The notes below the pieces were generated by a model. The model saw nothing but the letters and a program-made list of their open reading frames with translations. It made no database searches and was not told the origin of the DNA. Of a stretch of 64,000 nucleotides of DNA, positions 56,324 through 64,000 are shown piece by piece. Every line of letters begins with the position of its first letter. Position 1 is the first letter of the stretch. Both the position numbers and the translations under genes were made by a program. Origin of the DNA: Bacteriovoracaceae bacterium (GTDB taxonomy: Bacteria; Bdellovibrionota; Bacteriovoracia; Bacteriovoracales; Bacteriovoracaceae); NCBI GenBank assembly GCA_046595005.1, contig JBKJPL010000036.1, forward strand, positions 35,140-99,139, written 5' to 3'.

Positions 56324-57417
56324 GGTTTTTTACTTACACATTCCATGTTCGAAGTCCCGGCCGGAAGCTTATAGTTCTTGTGCTTAATAATGCTCCAGGG
56401 AACTGCACGTTTTGCAGGATCAAAGAGATCCAGATATTCCATTTGTGGATGAGAATCGGAATCAGAATCGAAGAAGAATTTGTTACCAGCAATACCACAT
56501 CTGGTTTCTTTTACCGGGTTTTTCAGCTGAGACTTCATCAGTGGATCCTCAGAGCTTGAAAGAGATTCGACCTTTCTCCACATCATGATGAGTGCAATAT
56601 GATAACGCGGTCCCTGGAACCAGCGGAGTCTGATAGGAACAAGCTTATCTTTTTCCATACGAACAAGGAGTTTCGAGCAGAAGAATTTAGTTGGTGTCTG
56701 GTGGTCACCATCAATCAGACTCTTATCGTCCTCCTGTTTCAGTATATCAAGCGTTACACCGTCGTCAGCAATGATACCAATCTCATAATATCCCGGCTCA
56801 TCACCATCTGAGAGCTGGAGGTTACCGGTAAACTCAATTCCGAAATTCTCCATGAGAACCTGTCCCATGGAATTCATAACCATTGTGCCGTTTTGACGGG
56901 GAAAACCTTTCTCAAATTTCTTAGTCGGGATATTGAGCTTACTCATATAGATCGTCCCTTCAATAACTCTTCCCTTTGCAAGAAGCTCTTTGAAGTGCTG
57001 GATCTTTTCAGGGGCCCCATCATAGATTTTACCGGCGAGACCATGGCCGTGAGCTATTTCTTCGCCGTCATCCTTCAGAACTTCGCACATATCTTTTTCA
57101 GAAGGAGGAAGCGGAGGATAAGTCACAACTCCACCGTCAGCTCCACCACTTGCAGCAGCTCCACCACTTGCAGCAGCTCCGCCACTTGCAGCAGCCCCGC
57201 CGCTTGCAGCAGCCCCGCCGCTGGTGAGTGAACCACTTTCTTCACCGGAAGTTTCTCCGCCTGCGGATCCGCCGGAAAGAACAACTTCGTTCACTCCGCC
57301 CTTGGCAGAATCAACACTTGAAAAGAAATCACTACCTTTTTCACTGCTACATCCACATGAAGTAAGAATCATACTTATAGCGATGACAGGCAGGTTAAGT
57401 GAATTAAATCTCTTCAT
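56320..57417 (-). CDS. Lipoprotein with Gly/Ala/Ser linker and PA14-like domain
   Basis: LTSC lipobox; (SGGAAA)4; ENFGIEFTG, IIADDG, DGDHQT, IRLRWFQGPRYHIALIMMW. Confidence 0.8.
   Translation of the reverse strand: MKRFNSLNLPVIAISMILTSCGCSSEKGSDFFSSVDSAKGGVNEVVLSGGSAGGETSGEESGSLTSGGAAASGGAAASGGAAASGGAAASGGADGGVVTYPPLPPSEKDMCEVLKDDGEEIAHGHGLAGKIYDGAPEKIQHFKELLAKGRVIEGTIYMSKLNIPTKKFEKGFPRQNGTMVMNSMGQVLMENFGIEFTGNLQLSDGDEPGYYEIGIIADDGVTLDILKQEDDKSLIDGDHQTPTKFFCSKLLVRMEKDKLVPIRLRWFQGPRYHIALIMMWRKVESLSSSEDPLMKSQLKNPVKETRCGIAGNKFFFDSDSDSHPQMEYLDLFDPAKRAVPWSIIKHKNYKLPAGTSNMECVSKKP
57140..57222 (-). repeat. 18-bp coding tandem repeat (SGGAAA, 4 full units plus a partial one)
   Basis: Units GCTCCACCACTTGCAGCA with graded substitutions at 57140, 57158, 57176 and 57194. 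Confidence 0.92.
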
Positions 57418-57606
57418 ACGAACTCCGATTAGTTTTGCATGCGGACCATATTAATGGCTGGTGATACTTCGCTTAAAAATTTGGTCAAGAGAAATTGTAA
57501 CACTGAAAAGAATCAGGAGTTTAAGCGGAGATAAGTTTTCTTAAAATTTGGATTGATGGGGAATTTCGCCAAATATAGATGTCACACGTCCTCTAAGTTC
57601 TGATGA

Positions 57607-57954
57607 TTATGGGCCGTAATTCAGACCACAGTCGGGGCATTCTTTCAGACTTGGTTGAAATTTAGTTCCACACGCCTGGCAAATTACGAATTCCTGAGAA
57701 GGATCAAATACCTGAGCAAGAATTTCATGATTGGGAACATGACCTTTCACGTGTTTCATATAATCGTTTTGAAAATATGTCGATAGCTTCTCGCTGTCTT
57801 CTTCTTTGCCCCAAACTTCAACCGTCACTGTGCAACCCGTGGTGCACGTATGACCGTTGGTTTTGAATTCAACAAAAACACCTGCATCTTTTAGTTTCTG
57901 CTGATGTGTTCTGGCTTCGTTGATGTTCATGACTCCCAGGAATATTCCTTCCAC
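57607..57954 (-). CDS. Hypothetical protein with C-terminal zinc ribbon
   Basis: CQACG...CPDCG, plus CTTGC; GTG start behind AGGAG. Confidence 0.8.
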   Translation of the reverse strand: MEGIFLGVMNINEARTHQQKLKDAGVFVEFKTNGHTCTTGCTVTVEVWGKEEDSEKLSTYFQNDYMKHVKGHVPNHEILAQVFDPSQEFVICQACGTKFQPSLKECPDCGLNYGP

Positions 57955-57956
57955 GC

Positions 57957-59411
57957 TTAACTCCTGAACTTTTTATCTAGATACGCTAAATAATCTTTCA
58001 CCTGGATCTCTCCGACAACGTCGTTTGCTGAAATACTCCGTCCATGCTGGTGGATATTCTGTTTGAGCCAGGATCGTATGGGAGCGAAATCTCCCTTCCT
58101 GATGAGAGTATCAAAGTTTTTCATTTCTTCTTTCATAATCCGGGAAAGACTCCCGGAGATGAGATTTCCTAAAGTATAAGTGGGAAAGTATCCAAAGGCG
58201 GCACTTGCCCAATGGGAGTCCTGAAGAATTCCTTCGGCATAAGACTTTGGCCGAAGTCCCAGGTACGACTCATACTTGTCATTCCAGAGTTCAGGAAGAT
58301 CGTGAACATCGATATTACCGTTGAATATGGCTTCTTCAATTTCAAAACGGATTATAACATGAAGATTGTAATAGAGTTCCGGACTTTCAACACGGATCAG
58401 TCCCGGAACGGATTTATTAAACACCTTATATAAAGTCTCTTCATCAATTCCCTTCATCGCATGAGGAAAGGTCTTCACCATCTCTGGATGAATGAATTCT
58501 GAGAACTCACGTGACCGACCAACAACATTTTCCCAGAAACGAGACTGTGATTCATGGACAGAAAGGGAAATGGCTTCCTGGAAAGGTGTTCCTTCCCATT
58601 CTGCCGGCAGCTGATGCTCATAAAGAGCGTGCCCAACTTCATGCATGGTACTTGATAGGGAATCAATATTCTCTGTTACGTAGCGGGTAGTGATCCGCTG
58701 ATCCTTCGGAGAAATATTGATACTGAATGGATGAGTGGAAATATCGAGACGGGAAAATTCCGGTGGAAGTCCAAAGAGACCTGCCACTTTTTCAGAAATC
58801 GCTTTCTGAGCATCAATTGCAAAGGGACCTTTAAGGTCTTTGACCCGGACGAAGCTCCCCTCTTTTTCAACCTTGTTCCTTAGTTTGATAAGACCGGTTT
58901 TCAACTCCTGAAAGAGACCAGTTATTCTGGCCGAATCAAATTCGCGATCATGAAGTTTTATCAGGGCATCGTACGGTTTTTTCTCATTATAAAATTTAGT
59001 CTCAGTCTTTTTAAGATTAATGAGCTTTTCGAGATGTGGGGCAAATCTCTTCCAGTCATTATTCTTTCTCGCCTCGGCCCATTCATGATTCGCGATGGCC
59101 GTCGCATGAGAAAGTTCCACCACATGTTTCAGGGGTAGGACGGCCTGCATTTCATAATCATAGAGAAGTTCTTTTGCGAGCTTTTTCTCCAGAGGTTTCA
59201 GTTTTTGATTTTTAAGATCATCAAGAAGAGATTTGTATTTCTTGCCGGTGATATGAGAATGAAGTTTTCCCTGAATGTAAGAGAGTCTTTTTGCCCGGTC
59301 TTCAATGGCACCCTTGGGCATCATGGTTTCCATGTCCCAATATAGTAATGAATGAATGGATTTCAGTTGGGAGTATTCTTCGAGATAGTTCCGGATTTTT
59401 TCGATGCTCAT
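57957..59411 (-). CDS. Carboxypeptidase M32 (Taq-like)
   Basis: HPF, HEVGH, VHESQSRFWEN, YNLHVIIRFEIE, GILQDSHW, FGYFPTYTLG. Confidence 0.95.
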   Translation of the reverse strand: MSIEKIRNYLEEYSQLKSIHSLLYWDMETMMPKGAIEDRAKRLSYIQGKLHSHITGKKYKSLLDDLKNQKLKPLEKKLAKELLYDYEMQAVLPLKHVVELSHATAIANHEWAEARKNNDWKRFAPHLEKLINLKKTETKFYNEKKPYDALIKLHDREFDSARITGLFQELKTGLIKLRNKVEKEGSFVRVKDLKGPFAIDAQKAISEKVAGLFGLPPEFSRLDISTHPFSINISPKDQRITTRYVTENIDSLSSTMHEVGHALYEHQLPAEWEGTPFQEAISLSVHESQSRFWENVVGRSREFSEFIHPEMVKTFPHAMKGIDEETLYKVFNKSVPGLIRVESPELYYNLHVIIRFEIEEAIFNGNIDVHDLPELWNDKYESYLGLRPKSYAEGILQDSHWASAAFGYFPTYTLGNLISGSLSRIMKEEMKNFDTLIRKGDFAPIRSWLKQNIHQHGRSISANDVVGEIQVKDYLAYLDKKFRS

Positions 59412-59425
59412 CCGGAGATTATAAC

Positions 59426-59764
59426 TTAATTAAGGAGAGCTTTGTATTGATCTTCGTCAAAACCGAAGGCAAGAACCTTTCCGTTTTTCTCCAGAATAGG
59501 ACGTTTAATCATTGAGCTATTGCTGCAGATGAAATCAATCTTTGCTTTTTCAGAAAGCTTCTCAAACGTGTCTTTATGTTTTTTGTAAGTGAGACCCGAT
59601 TTATTCACAGGGAGACCACCAAAGGCTTCTGACCAGCGCTTGATATCCTCAGCTTTCGGTGCAGACTTTTTGAAATCTACAAAATCAAAGTCAGCTTTCT
59701 TCTTCTCGAGAAAAGTGCGGGCCTTCTTAACAGTGTCGCAATTGGGGATGCCGAAGAGTTTCAT
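59426..59764 (-). CDS. ArsC/Spx/YffB family protein
   Basis: FGIPNCDTVKKA, MIKRPIL, FGFD. Confidence 0.92.
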   Translation of the reverse strand: MKLFGIPNCDTVKKARTFLEKKKADFDFVDFKKSAPKAEDIKRWSEAFGGLPVNKSGLTYKKHKDTFEKLSEKAKIDFICSNSSMIKRPILEKNGKVLAFGFDEDQYKALLN

Positions 59765-59771
59765 AGATTAT

Positions 59772-60131
59772 TCAGATGAAGCGGGAAACGGTCTTAAGAA
59801 TTGTCTCAAGCTCAACAGGCTTACTGAGAAAAGCGGAAATATTAAAACTCCTCATCTTTTCTTTCGCGTTTGCTTCGGCCGACATGACCACTGTCGGGAT
59901 CTTGGACCAGATCTCATGCTTTAATTGCTCAGTACGGAAAGCGTAGCCATCCATTACGGGCATCATGAGATCGATTAGTATGAGGTCAGGTGATGGATTG
60001 GCCTGAAGATATCGGATGCCCTCAAGTCCATTAACCGCAGAGGCAACGCCATAGCCTTCGCTTTCCAGAAGCTCTACGAGCAACTCCCGGATCGAAGTAT
60101 CGTCCTCTACAACTAATATTCTCTTGGTCAT
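59772..60131 (-). CDS. Single-domain response regulator
   Basis: VEDD, IDLMMPVMDG, MSA, SKP. Confidence 0.93.
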   Translation of the reverse strand: MTKRILVVEDDTSIRELLVELLESEGYGVASAVNGLEGIRYLQANPSPDLILIDLMMPVMDGYAFRTEQLKHEIWSKIPTVVMSAEANAKEKMRSFNISAFLSKPVELETILKTVSRFI

Positions 60132-60244
60132 TATTATAAAGGTATAATTTCATGAAGAGAAAGTCAATAACCCATGAAAATTATAGAAGATTGTCTATTT
60201 CGTGCTACGCATTAGCGACTTCGGATTTCTAACATAAGAAAAAC

Positions 60245-60829
60245 TTAACCCAAAGTTTCATTAAACGCCTTCTGGTAGCTTTTCAGGATGAATTCATAAG
60301 TTGGACTTAGGGGGTTTCTTTTACGCCAGATTTTGAATTTTTCGCTGCCTCCCAAGGCCCGTGCGCTTTGCGCCGAAGGAGAGATGAGTGTGATCGCTTC
60401 AATATCCCGGGCATCAGGAAACAGACGGTAGAACCATTTCTCAACTCCGCTTGATGTGAAATAAAGTTTTTGAATTCTCTTATTCCTTATCACTTTCAAT
60501 AGATCAGTATTCCATTCGATTTCAAGAAGGTCTTTGTCTGAAGCTCGTCCCTCGAGCCTCACGCAGGACTGAATTACATCTCCCACGCCGATATGTTTTT
60601 CAGTAAGAAGTCTCACAATATCTTTTTTAGTTTTTAATCTTACGCCGAAAGTATCACCGATCAATCGCCACAGAAGATTCTTCTCACCGCCGAAGAAAAA
60701 ATCGATATCATTTTCCTTGATCTCATGTTTTCTCAATGGATCGCTGAATTTACCAATAGGAAATGAGCCGATTAGAAGATAACGGCAACCTTTCGGGAAG
60801 AAAGTTCCGTAGGGATGAAACTCTCTCAA
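60245..60829 (-). CDS. Uracil-DNA glycosylase superfamily protein (family 6, HDG-like)
   Basis: HP..., LLIGSFP, N.LW, GVGDV..SC.R....D, and LISPSA. Confidence 0.8.
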   Translation of the reverse strand: MREFHPYGTFFPKGCRYLLIGSFPIGKFSDPLRKHEIKENDIDFFFGGEKNLLWRLIGDTFGVRLKTKKDIVRLLTEKHIGVGDVIQSCVRLEGRASDKDLLEIEWNTDLLKVIRNKRIQKLYFTSSGVEKWFYRLFPDARDIEAITLISPSAQSARALGGSEKFKIWRKRNPLSPTYEFILKSYQKAFNETLG

Positions 60830-61155
60830 AGTCGACAGTTACCACTGAGTTTTTTGCCATCACGTGAGAGAACGGCTTCATGATTACGACCGGTACTTAA
60901 AGTGACAGTGAGTTCACCCGTTTTAGTACGAAACACAAGTGGAGTTGGACCTTCTTCGACTTCCAGGTGGTAGGCCATTTCGACAGATTCGTTATCCAAT
61001 ATATATGTACCATTACTACAGCTAAGGCCGATCTTCTCTCTTTGGAAAGTGCACTCCAGGGCCTGGGGCGAATCAGAAATCCCATAAACTTCGCAGAGAT
61101 TTGCCGCATATGCATTGAATGAAAGAAATGAAAGAGCAAAAATAATTTTCATCAT
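60826..61155 (-). CDS. Small secreted hypothetical protein
   Basis: Signal peptide, four Cys; start and stop overlap both neighbouring genes. Confidence 0.7.
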   Translation of the reverse strand: MMKIIFALSFLSFNAYAANLCEVYGISDSPQALECTFQREKIGLSCSNGTYILDNESVEMAYHLEVEEGPTPLVFRTKTGELTVTLSTGRNHEAVLSRDGKKLSGNCRL

Positions 61156-61943
61156 CGTCCCATTCCAATCAGGCTCAAAAACTCGCCTCTTAATTTATTG
61201 TCTTCACGAAATTTCCCATCAAGAGCAGATGTGATCATTGAAGCATTTGCCTTCTTCGCGCTTCTGCAGGTGAGGCAACCATGAGAACCTTCTACAACGA
61301 CCATTACACCTGCGGGCTTCAATTCTTCCTTGATTGATTCCATGATCCCATAACACATTCTTTCCTGAAGCTGGGGCCTCTGGGCATGGCAATCAACAAT
61401 ATGAGCAAGTTTTGAAAGACCAACCACACGTGATTCATTGCCTTTCGTTGTATCAGGAAGATAACCAACGTGAGCAACACCTTTGAACGGGAAAAAATGA
61501 TGGCTGCAAAGTGAGGTGTAATCAATATCCTTCAGGATGATAACTTCGTTATAGTTTTCGGCCGGAAAAGTAGTGCTGAAAATTTCTTTCTGATCAGTTC
61601 CGAGTCCTGAGCAGATTTCAATCAGCGAGCGGGCCATACGATTTGGTGAACCAATAAGATTCTTATCGTTCAAGTCAATCTGTGGAAATGCGAGCTTAAG
61701 TCCCTGCAGAACTTTTTCATAACCCTCGGCCATCATTGCACGGGCAGCATTCAACTGAAGAGCGCGCTGTTTAATTTTTCCCAGTTCAGTATCCAGAAAC
61801 TGAACGGGGTCTTTTGACCGGGCCATTGAGCGGGCAAGATCTTTATTGAAAGTCGTTTCGAAGGGCATAAATCCACCTGGTTGATGACCGCAATATAGCG
61901 GAACCGGGACAGCTTGAACATCCGGACAGGGTAGTTTTTCCAT
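61152..61943 (-). CDS. folE: GTP cyclohydrolase I with N-terminal extension
   Basis: SLCSHHFFPF.G.AHVGY, VGLSKL, RPQLQER, HGCLTCR, TSA..G.F; start may be at 61943 or at MPFE (61868). Confidence 0.92.
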   Translation of the reverse strand: MEKLPCPDVQAVPVPLYCGHQPGGFMPFETTFNKDLARSMARSKDPVQFLDTELGKIKQRALQLNAARAMMAEGYEKVLQGLKLAFPQIDLNDKNLIGSPNRMARSLIEICSGLGTDQKEIFSTTFPAENYNEVIILKDIDYTSLCSHHFFPFKGVAHVGYLPDTTKGNESRVVGLSKLAHIVDCHAQRPQLQERMCYGIMESIKEELKPAGVMVVVEGSHGCLTCRSAKKANASMITSALDGKFREDNKLRGEFLSLIGMGR

Positions 61944-62034
61944 GGTTCAAGACCCCTTTTTATGCTTTGTAGAGACCGAAAACGGACTTAGTCGCCACAA
62001 GCGGCCTTTAATATGAAGATTATTGCGCCACCGG

Positions 62035-62073
62035 AAAAAAAAAGGGGCCTCTTCTTGAGGGAGCCCCTTTTTT
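62035..62073 (-). terminator. Strong intrinsic terminator hairpin
   Basis: Minus strand AAAAAAGGGGCTCCCTCAAGAAGAGGCCCCTTTTTTTTT. Confidence 0.85.
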
Positions 62074-62391
62074 GATCCTCTTTCGAGAAAACTTCCGGTA
62101 ATCACTGCAGGATCTTTGAACAGAATCACCCGTATCGCCGATCCTTTCCGTGAGGAGAGACCATATGATGGGGGTCTCGTCCGGAAACATCCAGTTCTTC
62201 ATCGGCCTCTTTTTTCATTTGGTCGAGACCAATGCCCCCGGATGTAAATATTTTATCAAAGCACGCGATGCGGGTGAAGATCTTCATTCCAAAAGTTCCC
62301 GCAAGAATCCTGAGAACAATACTTCACTCACGATTCAGTATTAAGTCTGTGGCCCTGAACTTGCTCATTGGATTGGCAACAGGAGTTTCCT

Positions 62392-62511
62392 ATGAAACAC
62401 ATGACCTATCTGCTTTTTCTCATGATGATCTCTTCTCTAAGTGCAGTTGCGGGAACTTTCGGTGATGAAGAAGAAGGTGGCGAAGAAGAAGAAGTGGCTA
62501 GACTCTCCTAA
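62392..62511 (+). CDS. Unannotated 39-aa secreted acidic peptide
   Basis: AGGAG SD at 62381-62385; MKHMTYLLFLMMISSLSAVA-GTFGDEEEGGEEEEVARLS*. Confidence 0.65.
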   Translation: MKHMTYLLFLMMISSLSAVAGTFGDEEEGGEEEEVARLS

Positions 62512-62960
62512 AATTCTCCCCAATCACACTGAAGACAAACCAGACCAGCATCTCTCCACATTTTTACAACCTTGGCCCGGTCATCAATGACAAATAAAAC
62601 CTCATAGAACGGCTTAATCTTCCCTTCGTAAATTTCTCTCTTCACAACCGTATCATCCCGATAGTCTTTATCACTTCTCATGAGAAGATCAGTATATGGA
62701 ACATCATGCTTCTTCAGCCATTCCATGGTTTCGCTTTTCAATTCATCTGTGCGGCCGGAAACAAGAAGAACATGATGATCATGGATCATTCTGCGGATGA
62801 TCTCGCGGCACCAACCGTTAATTTCATCTTTAATAATGTTCTTATTAAAATTTTTCCAATCTTTCTTTTGCCCTTCAACATATTTCCGCCGGTGCGTAAT
62901 ATCTGCGAGCGTCCCGTCGAGGTCTACGATAATGGCCTTCTTCATCTTTTCACTCTCCAC
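62508..62960 (-). CDS. HAD-family phosphatase, T4 PNKP 3'-phosphatase-like
   Basis: VDLDGTLAD, VSGR, LLMR...D.R.D..VK, IDDR..VV.MW...GL.C.Q. Confidence 0.85.
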   Translation of the reverse strand: MESEKMKKAIIVDLDGTLADITHRRKYVEGQKKDWKNFNKNIIKDEINGWCREIIRRMIHDHHVLLVSGRTDELKSETMEWLKKHDVPYTDLLMRSDKDYRDDTVVKREIYEGKIKPFYEVLFVIDDRAKVVKMWRDAGLVCLQCDWGEF

Positions 62961-62991
62961 TCTTCATCCTATCCTGAAAAGGGAGCTTGTC

Positions 62992-63490
62992 ATGTCACTA
63001 CGAATTTCAGAGCACTTTGGTTTTCTTCTTGGTTATCCGGCAGGGTTATTGTGATCACATTATCAAATCTGTTCATCCCGGAAAATCAGATTGCGATCTC
63101 CTCTTTGCGAGCTTCAGGCATACCTGGCACATAGCTACTTTGCCATGGCGAGATTTTTCACAGAATGAAACTGATCCCAATCCCGTTCGCGGTCACAGCA
63201 CCGACGGATCACGAGAAGAAAAACTTTTAGGTAATGTTTATGGAGGAAAGGTCGTTCTAAGAATCATGGTGAAAGAAACATCAATGAAGGCATGGAGAAT
63301 GCTGGGAAGAATACTCGTCAAGGAAGAATCAGGGATGGACCAGGAAGCTCTCAGATTTCATCCCTTCCACTCGGGTGCAGAAATGAGACCTTATGGATTT
63401 ATTCAACATCTGAGATTGGGAGCATATAAGATGAGTCAAAGGGTGAGGCCCGGAAGCGAACTTGCTTCCGGAGAACTTTCTATAGACTGA
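62992..63490 (+). pseudogene. Probable disrupted gene of a catalase-like-fold family
   Basis: GGAG SD then ATG 62992 gives MSLRISEHFGFLLGYPAGLL*; a different frame carries DLLFASF and LRFHPFHSG..RPYGF..HLRLGAY..SQRVRP. Confidence 0.5.
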
Positions 63491-63878
63491 GATAATCTTC
63501 AGGACCTATAAAATGTTTCACCATTTTAACTACTGTTTCATAGTCCATGGGCTTAGACATATATCCACCGGCAGTTTCCACATTATCCATGACATTCATT
63601 AGATTTCCGTTTGCCGTCATCATCACGACCGGAATACTTGCCAGTCTTAAATGCTTTTCCTTCTCATGGTAAAAATCTTTTCCATTCATCACAGGCATCA
63701 TGTAGTCGAGAAGAACAAGATCAGGAAGTTCTCTATCAGGGATGGCCATCAGATAATCGATTGCAACTCTGCCATTCTTGGCCCAGACAGCTTCAAAACC
63801 TTCAAGCTCAAGCATGTCTGTTACTGACTGACGGATTGATTCATCATCGTCAACAGTAAGGATCTTTTTCATTTTCAT
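63480..63878 (-). CDS. Single-domain response regulator
   Basis: VDDD, LDYMMPVMNG, MTA, SKP; GGAGG SD. Confidence 0.92.
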   Translation of the reverse strand: MKMKKILTVDDDESIRQSVTDMLELEGFEAVWAKNGRVAIDYLMAIPDRELPDLVLLDYMMPVMNGKDFYHEKEKHLRLASIPVVMMTANGNLMNVMDNVETAGGYMSKPMDYETVVKMVKHFIGPEDYLSL

Positions 63879-64000
63879 CAGCGGCCTCCGGAAAGGGAAA
63901 ATAGAACTCTAGAGGCAGATGAGCAACTGTGAATGAGTTAATTTCCTTTTAACGTTTCGCAACCCTTCTTCTGCCTGAAGGCAGAGTAAATTCTCTCCCC

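Noticed and set aside
60143-60185. Imperfect inverted repeat TATAATTTCATG / CATGAAAATTATA upstream of the receiver gene
   Set aside because: Very AT-rich, bulged and single-copy; it could be an operator but cannot be distinguished from chance
62035-62260. Assignment to 6S, SRP, tmRNA, or SAM-I, glycine, cobalamin, ZTP or THF riboswitch
   Set aside because: Only short fragments resemble these consensus sequences and the core conserved motifs are missing; left as an unclassified candidate
62020-62465. Track ORFs 62020-62202, 61947-62129, 62150-62344 and 62232-62465
   Set aside because: No credible SD or motifs; two run through the terminator hairpin and they overlap one another

Overview
Chromosomal window of a bacterium whose gene content suggests Bdellovibrionota, probably Bacteriovoracaceae (inference: Agl-Glt-type gliding genes, many secreted lipoproteins and hydrolases, stand-alone receivers, a degenerate HD-GYP-like protein). 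About 65 CDSs; no tRNA, rRNA, CRISPR array or transposase was seen. Main blocks: (1) 1-5552, a gliding-motility-type cluster (vWA lipoprotein, OM beta-barrel, GltC-like TPR, CglF-like, TolQ/ExbB, two ExbD) whose two transcription units share a 28-bp upstream motif; (2) 12.7-22.3 kb, an inorganic-carbon module (SulP, an unannotated 50-aa membrane ORF, DabA, DabB, an extra NuoM/MrpD-like subunit) divergent from an OmpR/Cache-kinase pair, with three 11-bp-spaced ATGAA repeats placed like a Pho box upstream of the sulP -10; this is the best candidate for an undescribed system; (3) a secreted GP42-type transglutaminase with a Pep-13-like VWNQPV motif; (4) housekeeping, translation and signalling genes. 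Also noted: a 123-bp MITE-like element, two apparently deletion-broken genes, many apparently leaderless genes, a structured terminator-containing region upstream of folE, and a missed 39-aa secreted acidic peptide. All family assignments come from motif recognition by eye; no database searches were run.
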